NCBI GenBank assembly: GCA_048013815.1
Contig: CM106586.1
Coordinates: 18,786,001-18,850,000, forward strand
DNA: 64,000 bases
DNA from: Setoptus koraiensis
Lineage: Eukaryota; Animalia; Arthropoda
Reading direction: 5' to 3'
The position numbers and the translations under genes were made by a program. Below, piece after piece: positions 25,067 to 38,345 of this stretch (positions are counted from its first letter, which is position 1; each line of letters opens with the position of its first letter). The notes under the pieces are model-generated. The model did not search any database, was not told the origin of the DNA, and worked only from the letters and a program-made list of their open reading frames with translations.

Positions 25067-26187
25067 CCGTGAGCATGAAAAGTGTCACGGACGATGAAGA
25101 TTAGTTTTATATCCACCAGACATGAATAAAAAAGAATCTTCTATCGTGAAAGTTTAATAATTTCCATGTCAATGTCATGAAAGATCAAATCATGCAATAT
25201 TATTTTGGATTAGACATGGCAAGTTTATAAGAGAGCTGGAAGAGTTTTTGGCAAGCGTTTTGATTCAGGCTAGAGCGGGTATTTCGAAAACGCCGTCGCC
25301 ACAAAGTCTGTCACAAGAAGTTTGTGCGGTCTATGTCGTTTCATCGTGCCGTGTGAGAAATAGTATGAACCAGTTGCTCGCTGGCTTGAATGTGGGATTT
25401 GGTGCCCCAGATATTATCTGGCAGATAAGTGCTAATTGAACAGTCTCGAGAAGTGCCCCATTTAGAAATGAGACCAAGAACTTGCAACCATGCTTAGAGT
25501 TTCTGGTTCTCTGGAATGAACACCTCAGACAGCCCTGTCTCAACCATCGAAAGTCATTGTGCAACTAGATTGAAGTATTTGTACGTTTTTACACCTGTGC
25601 TGTGTTATCATAACGATTTATTAGTACGGTATTGCAGTTGCTTCAAATAATTTGTTTAAATATATGCATATATCAATAGTGATGAGCTAAATAAAGTCAT
25701 TTCAACCTGTTATCTTGCTAGCAGTTTCTTCCATCATAACTAATCAATCAATTATGGTTATGCCACACGTGTCTGTAAGCCTGTTCCAAATTGTTTTCGT
25801 TTTGTTTGTGTAGATACTATCCGAGGATACCATCGGCGACGTAAGTAGACGACGAAGAATACGTACGAAGTATACGTTGAATTGGTAGTTTGTTTTGCAT
25901 TTGCCTGGCCATTCGATGACCCGTTCGAGCTGTGTGCGTCATCTCATGCGGCCATCCGGCGATCCCAAGCTCCTTGTCCAAGCCCCTCGAGGGTGATACA
26001 TTGCCGAATGCACATGAATTTGCCAAAATATTGGACCTCGACGATGAGTCGATCATATCTACCGGCGACCAGTGAATACCCAGCCGCAACCGTTGAATTG
26101 CCACAATTGCACAGTGCGACCATTGGCCAATAATATTGTACCATTGGTCAACGGGCCCAAAATGGCTGTTGCTTGCTGTTTGGAAAA

Positions 26188-27015
26188 TTAACACATAAAA
26201 GGGGGGCGCAATTTCATTTCTCCGCTCAGGCACTGAAACTCCGTGCCGGCCCAATAATCCGTCTCTTCCGAATCGATAATCACCTGCGATGCATTAATTG
26301 AATCGCAATAATCATCAGTGGTGGTTCTATCGGTCACTCGATCATTGTCACTGTTATCACTGTTGATAAGATCGCCAGATTCAAGCTTCGTTTTCTTTAG
26401 TTGCCCGTCGTCAGTATAATCAACAGCAGCATCAGCTGCGATAGAGTTGTGCTCGATAGTAGTTTTCGACGACGACGATCTCGACAATTGCTCATCAAAA
26501 TCCTGCTCATCCTGCTTGTTAGTGAGCTTACACACGGCGCGCTCCGGATGTTGACGCTTCCTCGACGATCTGCTGTTAGTCTTTCTGTTGGTGGCTTCGT
26601 CGGAGGAGCCTCTTGGCGTGTCAAGTGGATCAGTGTGGTCGTTGATAGGTGAAAATAGTTGATTAGAGGCTAGATCTGGCGCAGTTGCCTGTCGGTTGTG
26701 CTGCTGCTGCTGTTTGCCAGCGGCAGCTAGATTTTCTGCATGTTCGAAGGCAGCCCTCATTTGAAGTTCGATAGCGTTGTGCTTGTTGTTGTTTCTTGTT
26801 AAATCGTTGGCAATGTTGTCAATATCCGCTGAGTCTGACGCCCCAACAAGAGACTGGTGATTTGAATAGTCAATAGAGAGATTTTTGCCACATTGAGGGG
26901 ACCCTGTTGGCTTGCCAATGTCACTTCTATCATCGTCATCAGCGTCCAGGTCATCGTTGCGATAATCGGTGTCGTCGTCGTCGCAGTCTCGATCTTCTCG
27001 TTCGTCGTCGTCTTC

Positions 27016-27052
<37 letters not shown>

Positions 27053-30000
27053 CTCATCATCAATTGAGGCTGCTGGTGCTGCCGGTGTTTTTTAGATTGC
27101 TGGTTTATAAACATTGATTGAGAATTTTTCTCTTGGTCGCCATCGCACAATCCCTGCAAATAACGACGCTGCTGCTGCTGATGGTCAACGTAGCTCTGGT
27201 CAACTTTCAATAGTCCGCCAGACAATGGATGATGATTGGATTGGTAAGAGGGAAATAGTGAATTTGAGACTGGCAGCAGCTGCTGTTGTTGCTGGTTGTT
27301 GTTGTGGTGGTGCTGTTGTTGTTGCTGGTGATGCTGGCTCATGAGATGTGCTGCCGCCGAGGCTGCTTTAAATGGTATGGGTATGTCCAAATCTAAATTA
27401 TCGTCATAGTTAGACGAGTCATTGATAGACGACATTGGGGAGCCGGGCTCGCTGCTGCCCAGAGGCGGGTTGATGCGTTTCTCTTTTTGGCGTCTATTAC
27501 AAAACCATACTCTCACTACTTCTTTTTCCATGCACAAATTATCCGCCAGCATGGTGATATCCTCGCTAGTTGGTTTAGGATTGGCAATAAAGGCCTTCTC
27601 TAACGCCACTCTAACAGTTGTCTCAATAGAGGTTCGTTTCTTTCGCCGTCTGCCTGCAATGGCCTCGGGCGTATGATGATGCAAATGACTTGGGTGTAAC
27701 GGGTGATTGTTGTGATGGGCCCCAACTAGCGACGATGAACCGCTTGAGCCTGACATTAGCGATGAGCTTAATTGATTCAGACAGCCAGATTGTTGTGCTT
27801 GGTGCGACGACGACAATTGATTCAGCGCCATTTGGCCAGCCGGGCCGCCGGCACCAACTTTGCCGCCATTGTTTGCGCCGTTGCTATTGGGGCCGTTGTT
27901 GTTGGCCTGGCAATTGTTGTTGGCTGGGCAATTGTTGTTGTTGGCGTTGTTGTTGGTGTTGGTCACTATGGAGTTGTCGGCGTCTTGGAGCCAGCGCTGC
28001 AGCAACGGCTTCAATTTGCACATGTTCTTGAAGCTCAAATTGAGCGCCTCAAATCTCGATATGGTGGTCTGGCTGAAGTCGTTGCCGTACAGCTTGCCCA
28101 TGGCCAGTCCCACATCGCCCTGGGTGAAGCCTGGCGAGCGCATAATTGAACAAAATGGAACACAATTAGACAAATGCAAGTATAACTAATTACAGATACT
28201 AATCATTATCAATATTACTAATCATCACTTATAATATTACTCACCCAGCTTGATGCGGCGCTGCTTGAACGTCTTGGCAAACTGTTCGAGTTCCTCCAGA
28301 TCCGTCGAATCGTCCAAATTGACACAATTGCTCGCGCTAGTTGGTGTGCCGGTGACGGTGCGTTGCAGTTGTTGCTGATGCTGTTGTTGTTGGTAGTGGT
28401 GCTGATGTTTTTGTTGTTGACTCATGGCGCATAAATCGGCGGCGTTGGTGTTGCTGTTGGAACGCGTTGTTGTGAGATCAGGTGAGGACCGCTGCTCCTG
28501 TCCAGCTAATGTCAGCGCAGAGTCTGCGTTGTCTGCGCTGCTCTTGATGGAAATGGACGAATTGCATCGTTGTTGTTGCTGTTGGTTTTCTTGGTGCCTC
28601 TGTTGTTGGTCTTGGTGCTTTTGTTGTTGTCTGCCGTTATTGCCACTGTTGTCTTGCTGCTGCTGCTGCTGCTGCTGTCTGTAGTCCGAGTCGCTGGCCT
28701 GTTGCTGGCTCCTCATGCTGGCCCTGTGCAATTGTTTGTGGTTTTGTTTGTGTTGTTGTTGTTGATGGTTGTTGCCGGTGTTGTGCTGTTGTTGGCTGAA
28801 ATTTGTGGGCGATTGTTGGCTGTCGTTGGCAGCCTGTTGTTTGTGGTGCTGCTGTTGCTGTTGCTGTTGTGTCACATTTGACGAGTGACTGAACGTGTTG
28901 AATAACGCGTGCTGCTGCTGTTGTTGCTGATGATCGGTGGCCAAATTCAGTGTCTCTGTCTGTTGTAGGTGCTTGCTCATAGACGACAAATTGACGTCCG
29001 AGCCGCTGGCCGACAACGGCGATCCGTTCGCAACTTGTGACGCAATTGTGGTGGGCGTCGTGGCGCCCGTGGACACGCCGGCTGCGGCAGCAGCGGCGGC
29101 GGCCGCCGCCGCCACGGCCTGATGACCGAGGCCCAGGCCGAGGGTCGCCAAAAGGGCCGGATTAATGAGCAAGGGGGGCACCTGAATGCCGGCTTGCTGC
29201 TGCTGCGACGTTGGCGACAATTGCTGTGCCGCTTGCGGTTGTTGCTGTAGTTGTTGTAGGTGTTCCTGTTGTTGTTGTTGTTGTTGTTGTTGTTGACTTG
29301 CCAGTAGCTGCAGGGCCGGATTGGTGGCTTGCTGTAATTGTTGCTGCAGCATAACTTTGAACTGACTGTTGAGCAATTGATCGAAATTGTGCTGCTGCTG
29401 CAACGAACTCAACAATAGGTTGCCCATATTATTATTACTAACTCGATTTGGCTGCTGCTGCTGCCGGCCACCGGAAGTGTCGTCGTGCTGCTGTGGGTTG
29501 GTGTGATTATGTAATTGGTGGCTACTCAACAAATGACTGTTCTGAGCTGTCTGGGCTGTGGGGCTCGTGATGAGAGCGTTGCCTGCCATCAGGTGGCTCA
29601 GTTGCTGGCCGTTGGCTTGTTTCTTCTGTTGTTGTTGTTGTTGCTGCTGCTGCTGCTGCTGTTGTTGTTGTTGCTGAGCTAAACTGTGCAAACTTTGCTG
29701 CAGCAGACTCTGCTGAAGAAATTGCTGTACGTGCGCAGCAACAAGCGTTCGTCGATTTCGTTTATCCGTCCGTGCAGTTTGTTTGCAATTGTCGATTGTC
29801 GATTGTCAATTGTCAATTGCCAATTGTCAATTGTTTGTCAATGAGAATGCGAACGGGCGAATGGGCAAATACACAAAATGGAAACGAGAGCATGAGTTAG
29901 TCTACTGACAACAAACATCGACAATGTGACAACCAGCCAGCCCGGCATACTTGTCACTAGGCGGTCAGCGAGCGACGAGTGCATGCGAACAATTGATCAG

Positions 30001-31515
30001 AAATTTATAAATAGAGCTCCGTGTATCCGTGTGTATCAATGTGTTTGGGTACACGAGCACGATCGACGACTTGTGCTGCATCAGCGTCTTGCTGGGCGCC
30101 AATTGTCTACCGATTGTATCGCAACGGGGGCGCCAATGTTACGTTGGCGCCCATAGATACGCTCAACAATCGACAAACTCACTCGACTCGAGTGACTCGA
30201 GTATATTTGTGAGTATGTTTCAATTTGCTAATTGTTTTAGTTGCCGTTGTTGGCGAGCAGTCGCCCGCTCGAATCGCGCAATAATGTAACGCAATACGTT
30301 TACACTTTCACTGCTCACTCTAATGCGGTGACATGATTTAAAATTCAAAATTGTTGTTGTTCATAGTTGCCAGTCACGATCGCTTGTCGCATTATCGCTC
30401 GTAGCTTACGGATAAACACATAGCGATACTTGTCGTTGGCAGATTCCAACACTATTTATAGCAGCGTACCGTATGTACCCGACGAGCTCTTTAAGTGCTG
30501 ACATTTAAACGCGATCCCCCTCGCGATGCAGTGTAAAGTTTCAACTTTACTGTTTTCATTTCCACGGATATCCACACTTATCCACAGATATCCACAGAAA
30601 TCCACAGAAATCCACGGATATCCACAGAAATCAACGGATATCCACAGAAATCAACGGATATCCACAGAAATCAACGGATATCCACAGAAATCCACGGATA
30701 TCCACGAATAGCCACAGATATCCACGAATATGTGGAAGTAAACATAATTACAGGCGACTGCCGATAACAACAACACGGTATCGGTACATCACTCTCATGA
30801 TGTATTACGTGTAATGTGCAATGCGACGAATTTGTCCACTATGCGACGCATATATCGACAAATTCGAGCTTGCACTCACTCGCCGACAGATGGGGCCACT
30901 TACCTGGAATTGATTTGTGGTCACTTGCTGTTGCTGCTGTTGAGCCACTTGATGTTGTCGCTGTTGGGCCTGCTGCACTTGCATGTTGGCCTGTAAAAAT
31001 TGCATTTGCTGACTAGAGGCAAACCACTGGTGACGATGTGTTAATTAACATACATCGAGCGCATCAATTAAGAATTAATTAAGAGGGCAAAAGAGAAATT
31101 AATTAAGTAATTAGTTGATTAGAGATCAATCAGTGTTGCAGTGTTGCCAACAATAGCCAACGCTTGAATCTAACAGCGCGGGGTCACTCACCTGTGCCAA
31201 CTGGCTCAAACTGAGACCGTTCGAGGCGGCCGCCGACAACAGTTGCGTAATGGCCATCGCCGATTGTTGCTGATTGTTGTTGTTGCTGTTTGCAACTTGT
31301 TGTTGTGACGCGTTCCCGTTATTCACGTATTGCACTGATTGTTGTTGTTGTTGTTGTTGTTGTTGCTGTTGTTGTTGCTGTTTGCCCGTTGCTGCCGGCG
31401 TGGCCACTTGACTAGTTGCTAGCTGCGGCGAGCATACAGGTGAGTTAACGGGTGAACAGGTATCAACAGGTACTAGTAGTTGGTGTTTGGGTGTGCAAAT
31501 GGTTGACTGCTGCGG

Positions 31516-31553
<38 letters not shown>

Positions 31554-31740
31554 GCTGTTGTTGTTGCTGTTGTTGTTGTTGTTGACTGGCCGCTGGTGGG
31601 TGCTGTTCGGCGCCCGACGACGAGCTGGCCTCACTTTGATTAGGCGAAAACTCTTCATTTAGCCTGCACGTTGGCGATGACGTAACATTGGCCTGATTAT
31701 TTGGGGCCGGAGTGGGCGTAGTTCGCATAACCATGTTCAT
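26188..31740 (-). CDS. nub: POU class II homeodomain transcription factor (nubbin/pdm, Oct1-like); exons 31740-31192, 30990-30904, 29724-28245, 28130-26188; ~1352 aa; further 5' exons possible
   Basis: POU-specific domain [20 protein letters not shown]|[47 protein letters not shown], split by a phase-1 intron 28131-28244. The homeodomain is [21 protein letters not shown]...[22 protein letters not shown]. The linker end [15 protein letters not shown] resembles Drosophila pdm [14 protein letters not shown]. Splice phases are consistent; the N-terminal exons are less certain than the domains. Confidence 0.9.
30561..30730. repeat. Intronic minisatellite, 10/20-nt unit GGATATCCACAGAAATC(C/A)AC
   Basis: Directly visible degenerate tandem array within nub intron 2. 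Confidence 0.9.
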
Positions 31741-33635
31741 GTTTTGTTTGTGACTATGTGACACTGTTGTGTGACTATATTCTACTGTGTGACTATGCGC
31801 TGTGCTGAGGCCCGATTTTTGGAAAATTTGTGCTGAGGCGCGCGCGCGTTTCCGGTTGCACAGCTCGCGCTCGACTAGCTCGGTGGTTGACTGTGTGACT
31901 GGTTAATAAGTTGCTGATATCAATTTGTTTGTGACTTGGCGAGTGAATTTCACTTGGGCCGGCTCAATCGAGTTGTTGTGGCGGTTGCATTGAGATTGCT
32001 GCTCTCAATGGTTTGCTTATTTGCTTACACTAATGACTAGTCATGCAAAGTTATTATTAATTGGAACTTTGTTGTTGTTTGTTGTTATTGTTGTAACAAT
32101 GATTTGCGTTTCGTTGCGTAACAATGGCGGCCCAGCGTTGATGAGACGTGCGCATGGTGTGTTAATAAACCGCTATATGAATTGTGTGAATAATGTGATT
32201 GTGTTGCAAATGGCTCTTGTTGGCCGTATCATCATGGTTGTTATCTCAATTATCTCAACAATAGTCGATGTGGCTGTTAAATTGAATTGATATTTACGCG
32301 CGCGCTCTCATCGTCACTGCTAGCTCTATTGGCAGCAGCAGCAGCACGATTACGATTATTACGATTATTATTATTATTATCACTATTATGTGATTTATGT
32401 CTACTAATTAATGTGGTGACTTGGTTGTTTGCTCAATCAACGCTCGCTCGCTGCCTATCTGCGTATCTCTGCGATCACCAGGTAAAGAGCGAGCTAGCGA
32501 GAGAGAGAGAGACGTAAAATACAAATAGCTTGCAATACCAATAAAAATGTGTAGCACTCGTTAGCTTGCAAACAGTGCATTCCGCACACATACATGGATA
32601 AATAAATAAATAAATAAATGTATGTAGCTCGAGAGCGAGCGAGATGTGTTTATTATTAATTAATAATGCACCTGTACTGCTAATGATGATTATGTTGAAT
32701 TATGTCGAATGCGCTAGCTCGCCGACGGGTCGTCTTTCTATTTGCTTAATTGATATCATTAGCTGATTATATTAAACGAGCGAGGCTTCATTAAACTTTT
32801 TGATGGCTGATGGCTTAAAGTTTACGCTAGCGTATTTTGAATAGATGATGATAATAATATCGACAGTGCCGCTCGTAATATAAATATAAATAATAATACG
32901 ACGACGATTTGCGAGTTGCCCGCCGATGATATAACTATTAATGCTGCTGATAACTAATCGCACACGCACACTTACTGTATTGCAACAATATTATTATATA
33001 TTATGTATTATATATTAGTTATATTTATATTTGATTTGTTAGATGTTGTTAGACAAGCGCACAAACATTAGATTAGATTACAATATTAAATGATTTAATT
33101 CGCCCGGCAGTCAACACATTAGCTGTTGCGCAATAATGCCACTCGTAATTGTAATAATGCTACTTGTTATATTCCTGTATTCTCTCATCATACTACTTGT
33201 CGGATTCGTTGTGTAATTCGTTGTGATAATGGTGGCAACAGCGGCAACGGCGGCAACGGCAGTATTTGCAGTTGCAATGACGCGATCATCTAATGAGATA
33301 TTAATCATGACTTTAGATGCCGAGCTAGCCGACAAAACTTTGCTTTTGTACTGGCGTGCTGATCTCAATCTAGATGTGGTGGCATCATGGTTTTGCGCAC
33401 TGTGTGTCACTGTTGTCACTGTCCAGCTCGCTCTTAACTTGTCTCTTAACAGCTCGCCGAGAGGGGGCCCCCGTTTTGCTGTTCACTATTTTACCGTTGC
33501 GTTCGAATTGGCGCCGCTTGCGTTCGAATTGGCGAATTCGCTGCTTATTATCATGTCGTCGTTGTTTGCACACACACGCTGTTTGTATACGCACGGCAGC
33601 GACGCAAACGGGCTCCAAAAAACCACTGTCCGCCG

Positions 33636-33693
33636 CTTCTTTTCGAAAATTCTCTGCTGCGCATGCCCACAGCGGAGAATTTTCGAAAAGAAG
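33636..33693 (+). ncRNA. Candidate pre-miRNA-like hairpin (24-bp stem, 10-nt loop)
   Basis: CTTCTTTTCGAAAATTCTCTGCTG-cgcatgccca-CAGCGGAGAATTTTCGAAAAGAAG. The single non-Watson-Crick position is a U:G wobble on the + strand. No known miRNA recognised. Confidence 0.35.
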
Positions 33694-34884
33694 GCCCACT
33701 CCGGCAGGACGGCCCTCGTTTCGAAGCCCCGTTCGCAAACTGCCCCTGCCAGCAGCGTCCTGCGAGCGCTGCCCGAAGCAGCTTAGATGCATTGGCGCGT
33801 CGATAATGCATTTGGCAGGACGGGCGCATGAGACAATTAACTGCGGATTGTTGCAGATGCTGTCATGTTATTATGCAAGCCCATACTGCTTGTGCATTGT
33901 TGTGTGCTATATGGGTATGGTATCATGATGCCAATGATTTGTTTGCCCATCAATGATGATAGAAATGTCAGCCAAATGATTTAGCATTAAATAGCGACGG
34001 AGCCATTGTGATTATATCATTGTGTGTGTGTGTGATTAGCCAACAGTGTCATTGTTAACTAACTAAAATTTATTGTCATTATTATGGTCGCGACACACGA
34101 CTAACAGCAGCCACAACAACGACAACAACGCATGCGACAACGACAACAACGCATGCGACAACAACAACACCGACAACGGCCACAATGATCACAATGACAT
34201 ACTGTTGCTGTTGTTGTTTCGTTTATTATTATTATCATGGTGATGTTGATACATATCTCATCATCATTAGTCAGATCAATTAATTAATCATCTATGCGTG
34301 AGTATTTTCGCCCGCCGCCTGCCGACTGGCGCTGCCGCTGGCTGCAAAATTCTTGTTGTTGTCTCTCCAATGAACACACTCGCTGCCGTTGCATAATCAT
34401 CATAATTGGCCACACATTGAACACACAACAAAGGCAAACTTTTTTTTTCTCTTCTTTTTTTTCATTGAGAACCTTCGCCGCCGATAATAATGATAATTAA
34501 TAAACAATCGACAATATGCAACGGCACACACAACACTGGCAACAGTGTGACTAGTCGCCGTTCTCTTTACTGCTCTGTCGATCTGTTTGGCGTAGTCGGC
34601 CAAGTGGCACAAAATAGCTAATAATGAAACCCAATGAATAGCGATAAAATGTCGCCATGACCAGGTGAGCTGACGCAATCTATATATATATCGATATATA
34701 TATATATAAATATTGCGCCATCTATTTTTAACTTTTTGTATCAGACACACTTGTTGTATCACTTTGCAGGGCGCCGTCACGTGTCTGGCCAGCGTCACTG
34801 TAATGCCCGATGTGGCTGTAGCTCAATTCGCATGCCCTCACTGGGCCGACATAATTATGTAATATAGAGCTCGCCTATAAGCCC

Positions 34885-35770
34885 ATTTGCATATGCGCAC
34901 TCGAGCACGAATATGCAAATCGGCACGCATATGCAAATCGGCACGCATATGCGCGCATAATCGTTGCGATGCAAAACAGTGCGCGAACGCCTATATGTGC
35001 CACGGGCAATCATGGCGATTGATAGAGGAGTATCGACACGAAACAAGGAAGGCGCCCACAATACAGGCGGCCCACTACGTGCCAATTTACGCTGTGCGAT
35101 ATGCAAATAGGTGCACGCAGCACGTGCTCAGTGGCACGTGAATTAGCGTCCAATGTAAAGCGTCTATAATAAAATGCGCCATGTCCGCTGCATTTGCATC
35201 TGTGCCGTGCCCACAACTGCTGGTGCCGTGTGCCATAGGTGATATGCCTATATTGCGTCATTGATTGACACGCGCACAGTGTCGCAGTGTTGCAGTTTGA
35301 AACAGTGACGCGCCGATGTTTTTTAGTCGTTGTTGCTGTTGTTGTCGTTGCTGTTGTCGTTGTTGTTGTCGTTGTTGTTGTCGTTGTTGTTGTTGCTATC
35401 AAGTGTCACATGCGCCGTCTGTGCGGCACGAGTGTTGCAGTCGGCACACGAACGCTGTCATCTTATCTCGTCCGGTGTGGTGCCGTTGTCGTGCTCATTA
35501 TTTGCCCTTATCTCTGTTTTGTCTCAGTCTATTTCGAGTCGGGCACAATTGATTTGGTGCCAATGTCCAGCGACTGAGACGACGTTGAAAACTTGAGAGA
35601 AGTTGCGTTGGCTGTGTCCATCATCAAACGCAACTTCTCGCAGTGTGTTTGGTCGGTGATGGGCGCAAAATCGTTTCGCTATTCGCTATTCGCGTTTCTC
35701 TTTTCTCAGCCGTCACACAAGTTGACGGATACGACGCGACAATGTTGACAATGCGAATGCAAATGCAAAT
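34885..35770. promoter_or_regulatory. Octamer (ATGCAAAT) site cluster, candidate POU autoregulatory enhancer
   Basis: Perfect octamers at 34885(-), 34913, 34931, 35101, 35192(-), 35757 and 35763, located 3-4 kb upstream of the nub ATG. Confidence 0.55.
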
Positions 35771-38274
35771 GGCTCACCGTGGCTCAAAAATAGAAAGTAA
35801 ACAACGAAAACAACACTGTTGCAAGTTGCAACACATTGGCCAAAGTTACATCGACAGCTAGCGCAGCGCCGGCATTGCATTGAATTTGAATACTGACCAA
35901 AATGGCACAGTTCGCACCGGAAGCGAGCGGGCGCTTCCTTCTTGGGCGTGCGTCGGGGCCGCCGCTCACCTGAGCGGCTTCTCTATTATTTTCTTGTTCT
36001 TGCTTTCACTTGGCACCTCTCACTAACTGTTTCACTAACTGTACGCTAGCTGTTATTTGCCGTGGCGGCCAGTTTTATAAGTTTCTCTCGCTCTCGCTCG
36101 TGTCTGCCATTTTATGCCGAGAAAACTTATTATTGCTCATGTCGTTGGCCGGATTATATATTGCGCAATATATATATTATTGCGAGCAGCTACTTGTTTG
36201 CGGCGCTCACTGTGACTCGCCTACTTGTGTCCGTTGTGCAATAACCTCGCTGCAACAAGCAAGATTGCGCAACAAGAATCCTGGAGAACGGGAGAAAATT
36301 TTCAGTGCGCACATTTGCTGAACCTCCGCCAAACTTCACTGTTCTGCGCCCAGTTGCGGGCCCCAATCGCGGGCCCCAGTTGCACGGCCCATGCAGGGGA
36401 TTTGCGCGTGTGCCAGTCTCATTAGCGGCTGACACGAGCAAATAAATCATATGATCAGTGGTCAATGATGCTGAAGTTGGTGGTGATTAGTGATTAATAT
36501 TAATATTAATATGAGCCGCTAGCTTATACATGTGCGCCCAAAACTCGCTTGTTGTGCCGCTCGGGGCCGCTCTGTGCGCAACTCTCAAAACTGGCCCCCA
36601 AACGCACAAAGCATGCGCGCCATTACATCCCGTGCACATCCCGTGCACGTCTCGTGCACATCTCGGGCCGCATTGCCGGGCCGCTCCGTTGACCGTTGTG
36701 TGCTCGCCAGCGGGCCCGGCCCGCCGCCAGAAGTCGCTAATTTAAATAAAACACTGCCCACGGCCCCTATTAAGTGTGCCCCGCTCACTGTGCGCCCCCC
36801 CCAATTGCCGGCGTCGTCCGGGGCCCGCTACTTATTATTATTGTTATCATTGTTGTTTCTCAATCATTCTCACAGCGATGTTAGGGGTCGCGGGCGCCCC
36901 TCTTTTATACAAAATTGAGTGCCTCTGTCCGCCGGAGCGCCCGTCTCTCTCGGCCTCTCTACGGCTCGCTGAGAAAGAACGTGCCACGATGCAAAAAAGT
37001 GGCTTAGCCACCGCGGCGCTCGTGGCGCTTATGCGCACCACACCAATCAATGATTGATGCGCTCCCATTAGCTTGTTGTTGTTGTTGCTGTTGTTGTTGT
37101 TGCTGCAGTTGGCCACTTGGAAGCACGCGCAAAAATGGCCGGCCATTCTCATTTTCATTTGGGCCCTCTTTTGGCGACTGTTATCGCGCTAGTTCTGGCC
37201 AGTTCTCGCGCTCTTTATCGCCGGTTGCGTTCGAAGGGGCCGCCAGCTCACGGTCGGTTATGATGATAACGTGCTCATCATCACACATAAAGCACACGCA
37301 CACGCTCTTACAGCTCGTGCATCTTGTGTCGCCGCGTTGCGCAACCTTTCACAAGATTTCTTGGGGCCCTCATCACCATTTCTCTCGCTCGCGTTTTCTC
37401 TTGATCGCTGGCGCCGCCAGCGGCCAAGAATGATTTAATAATGTGCAAAATGTATATACGCACTATATTGGCGTGTTTGAAATTGCCAACTTGCAGCGCC
37501 GGCCAACTATGCTAACTAGCGACATGTCGCGCAACATCGGCACAGCTCGCGTCTTGATGGGCGCACACGCACAGCATAATGGCACAATGGTATAAATGGC
37601 ACAAAATGCAACTGGCCATATCGCACGGCACGGCCGTGCGATCCAGTCGGAACACAGTGGGCCCCGTAGTGCGGCCTGACATTTCTGCTGTGCCGCTGTC
37701 TATCGTGGCTCGACCTGATGATTTAATTATGATGATCTGTCAACAATTGCTCGTTAGCCGAGGCGCTCAATTAGACCGGAGCCGACCAATATTGACCGGC
37801 AGCACCTATGTCGGCTGTTGTTGTTGTCGTTGTCGTCGTCGTCGTCGTCGTCGTCGTTGTTGTTGTTGCTGTCGTTGTTGTCGTCGTTGTTGCTGCTGCT
37901 GCCGTTGTTGTCGTTGTTGCTGTTGCTGCCGTTGTTATCGTTGGCGCTGCAAGAAAACAAACACGACGACGACGAGACCACGAGACGACTAATCATGGTC
38001 GTTAGTGGTAACTGGCGAGAAAAAGTAAACAGTATACGTGCTGCCACGTACTCCCTGTCTCTCGCATTTTGCCCTGCTCTGTCTCGCATTTTCTGGTGGC
38101 TCCCTCTCGCAGTTTCTCGTGGCTCTCTGGGCGCACAATTCGCGCTATTTGGACAATGGACGATCGCGCACAGATAGCCGGCAACGCCAACGAGAACGTG
38201 CCCGAGAGCATGCCAAAGCACTTTGTTTCGGGGCACGCCGGCGCCCCTTCAGATTTCGCCGCTGGTCGGTGCGC

Positions 38275-38345
38275 AAAACGTTGGCCCCAGCGAAAAACGT
38301 TGGCCCCTGCGGAAAACGTTGGCCCCCGCGGAAAATGCTGGCCCA
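38275..38345. repeat. ~19-nt tandem repeat AAAACGTTGGCCCC(N)5, 3-4 copies
   Basis: Directly visible. Confidence 0.8.

Noticed and set aside
25210-25565. Protein-looking + strand frames between U3 and nub (HGKFIRELEEFLASVLIQAR...)
   Set aside because: No start exon or family match could be assigned
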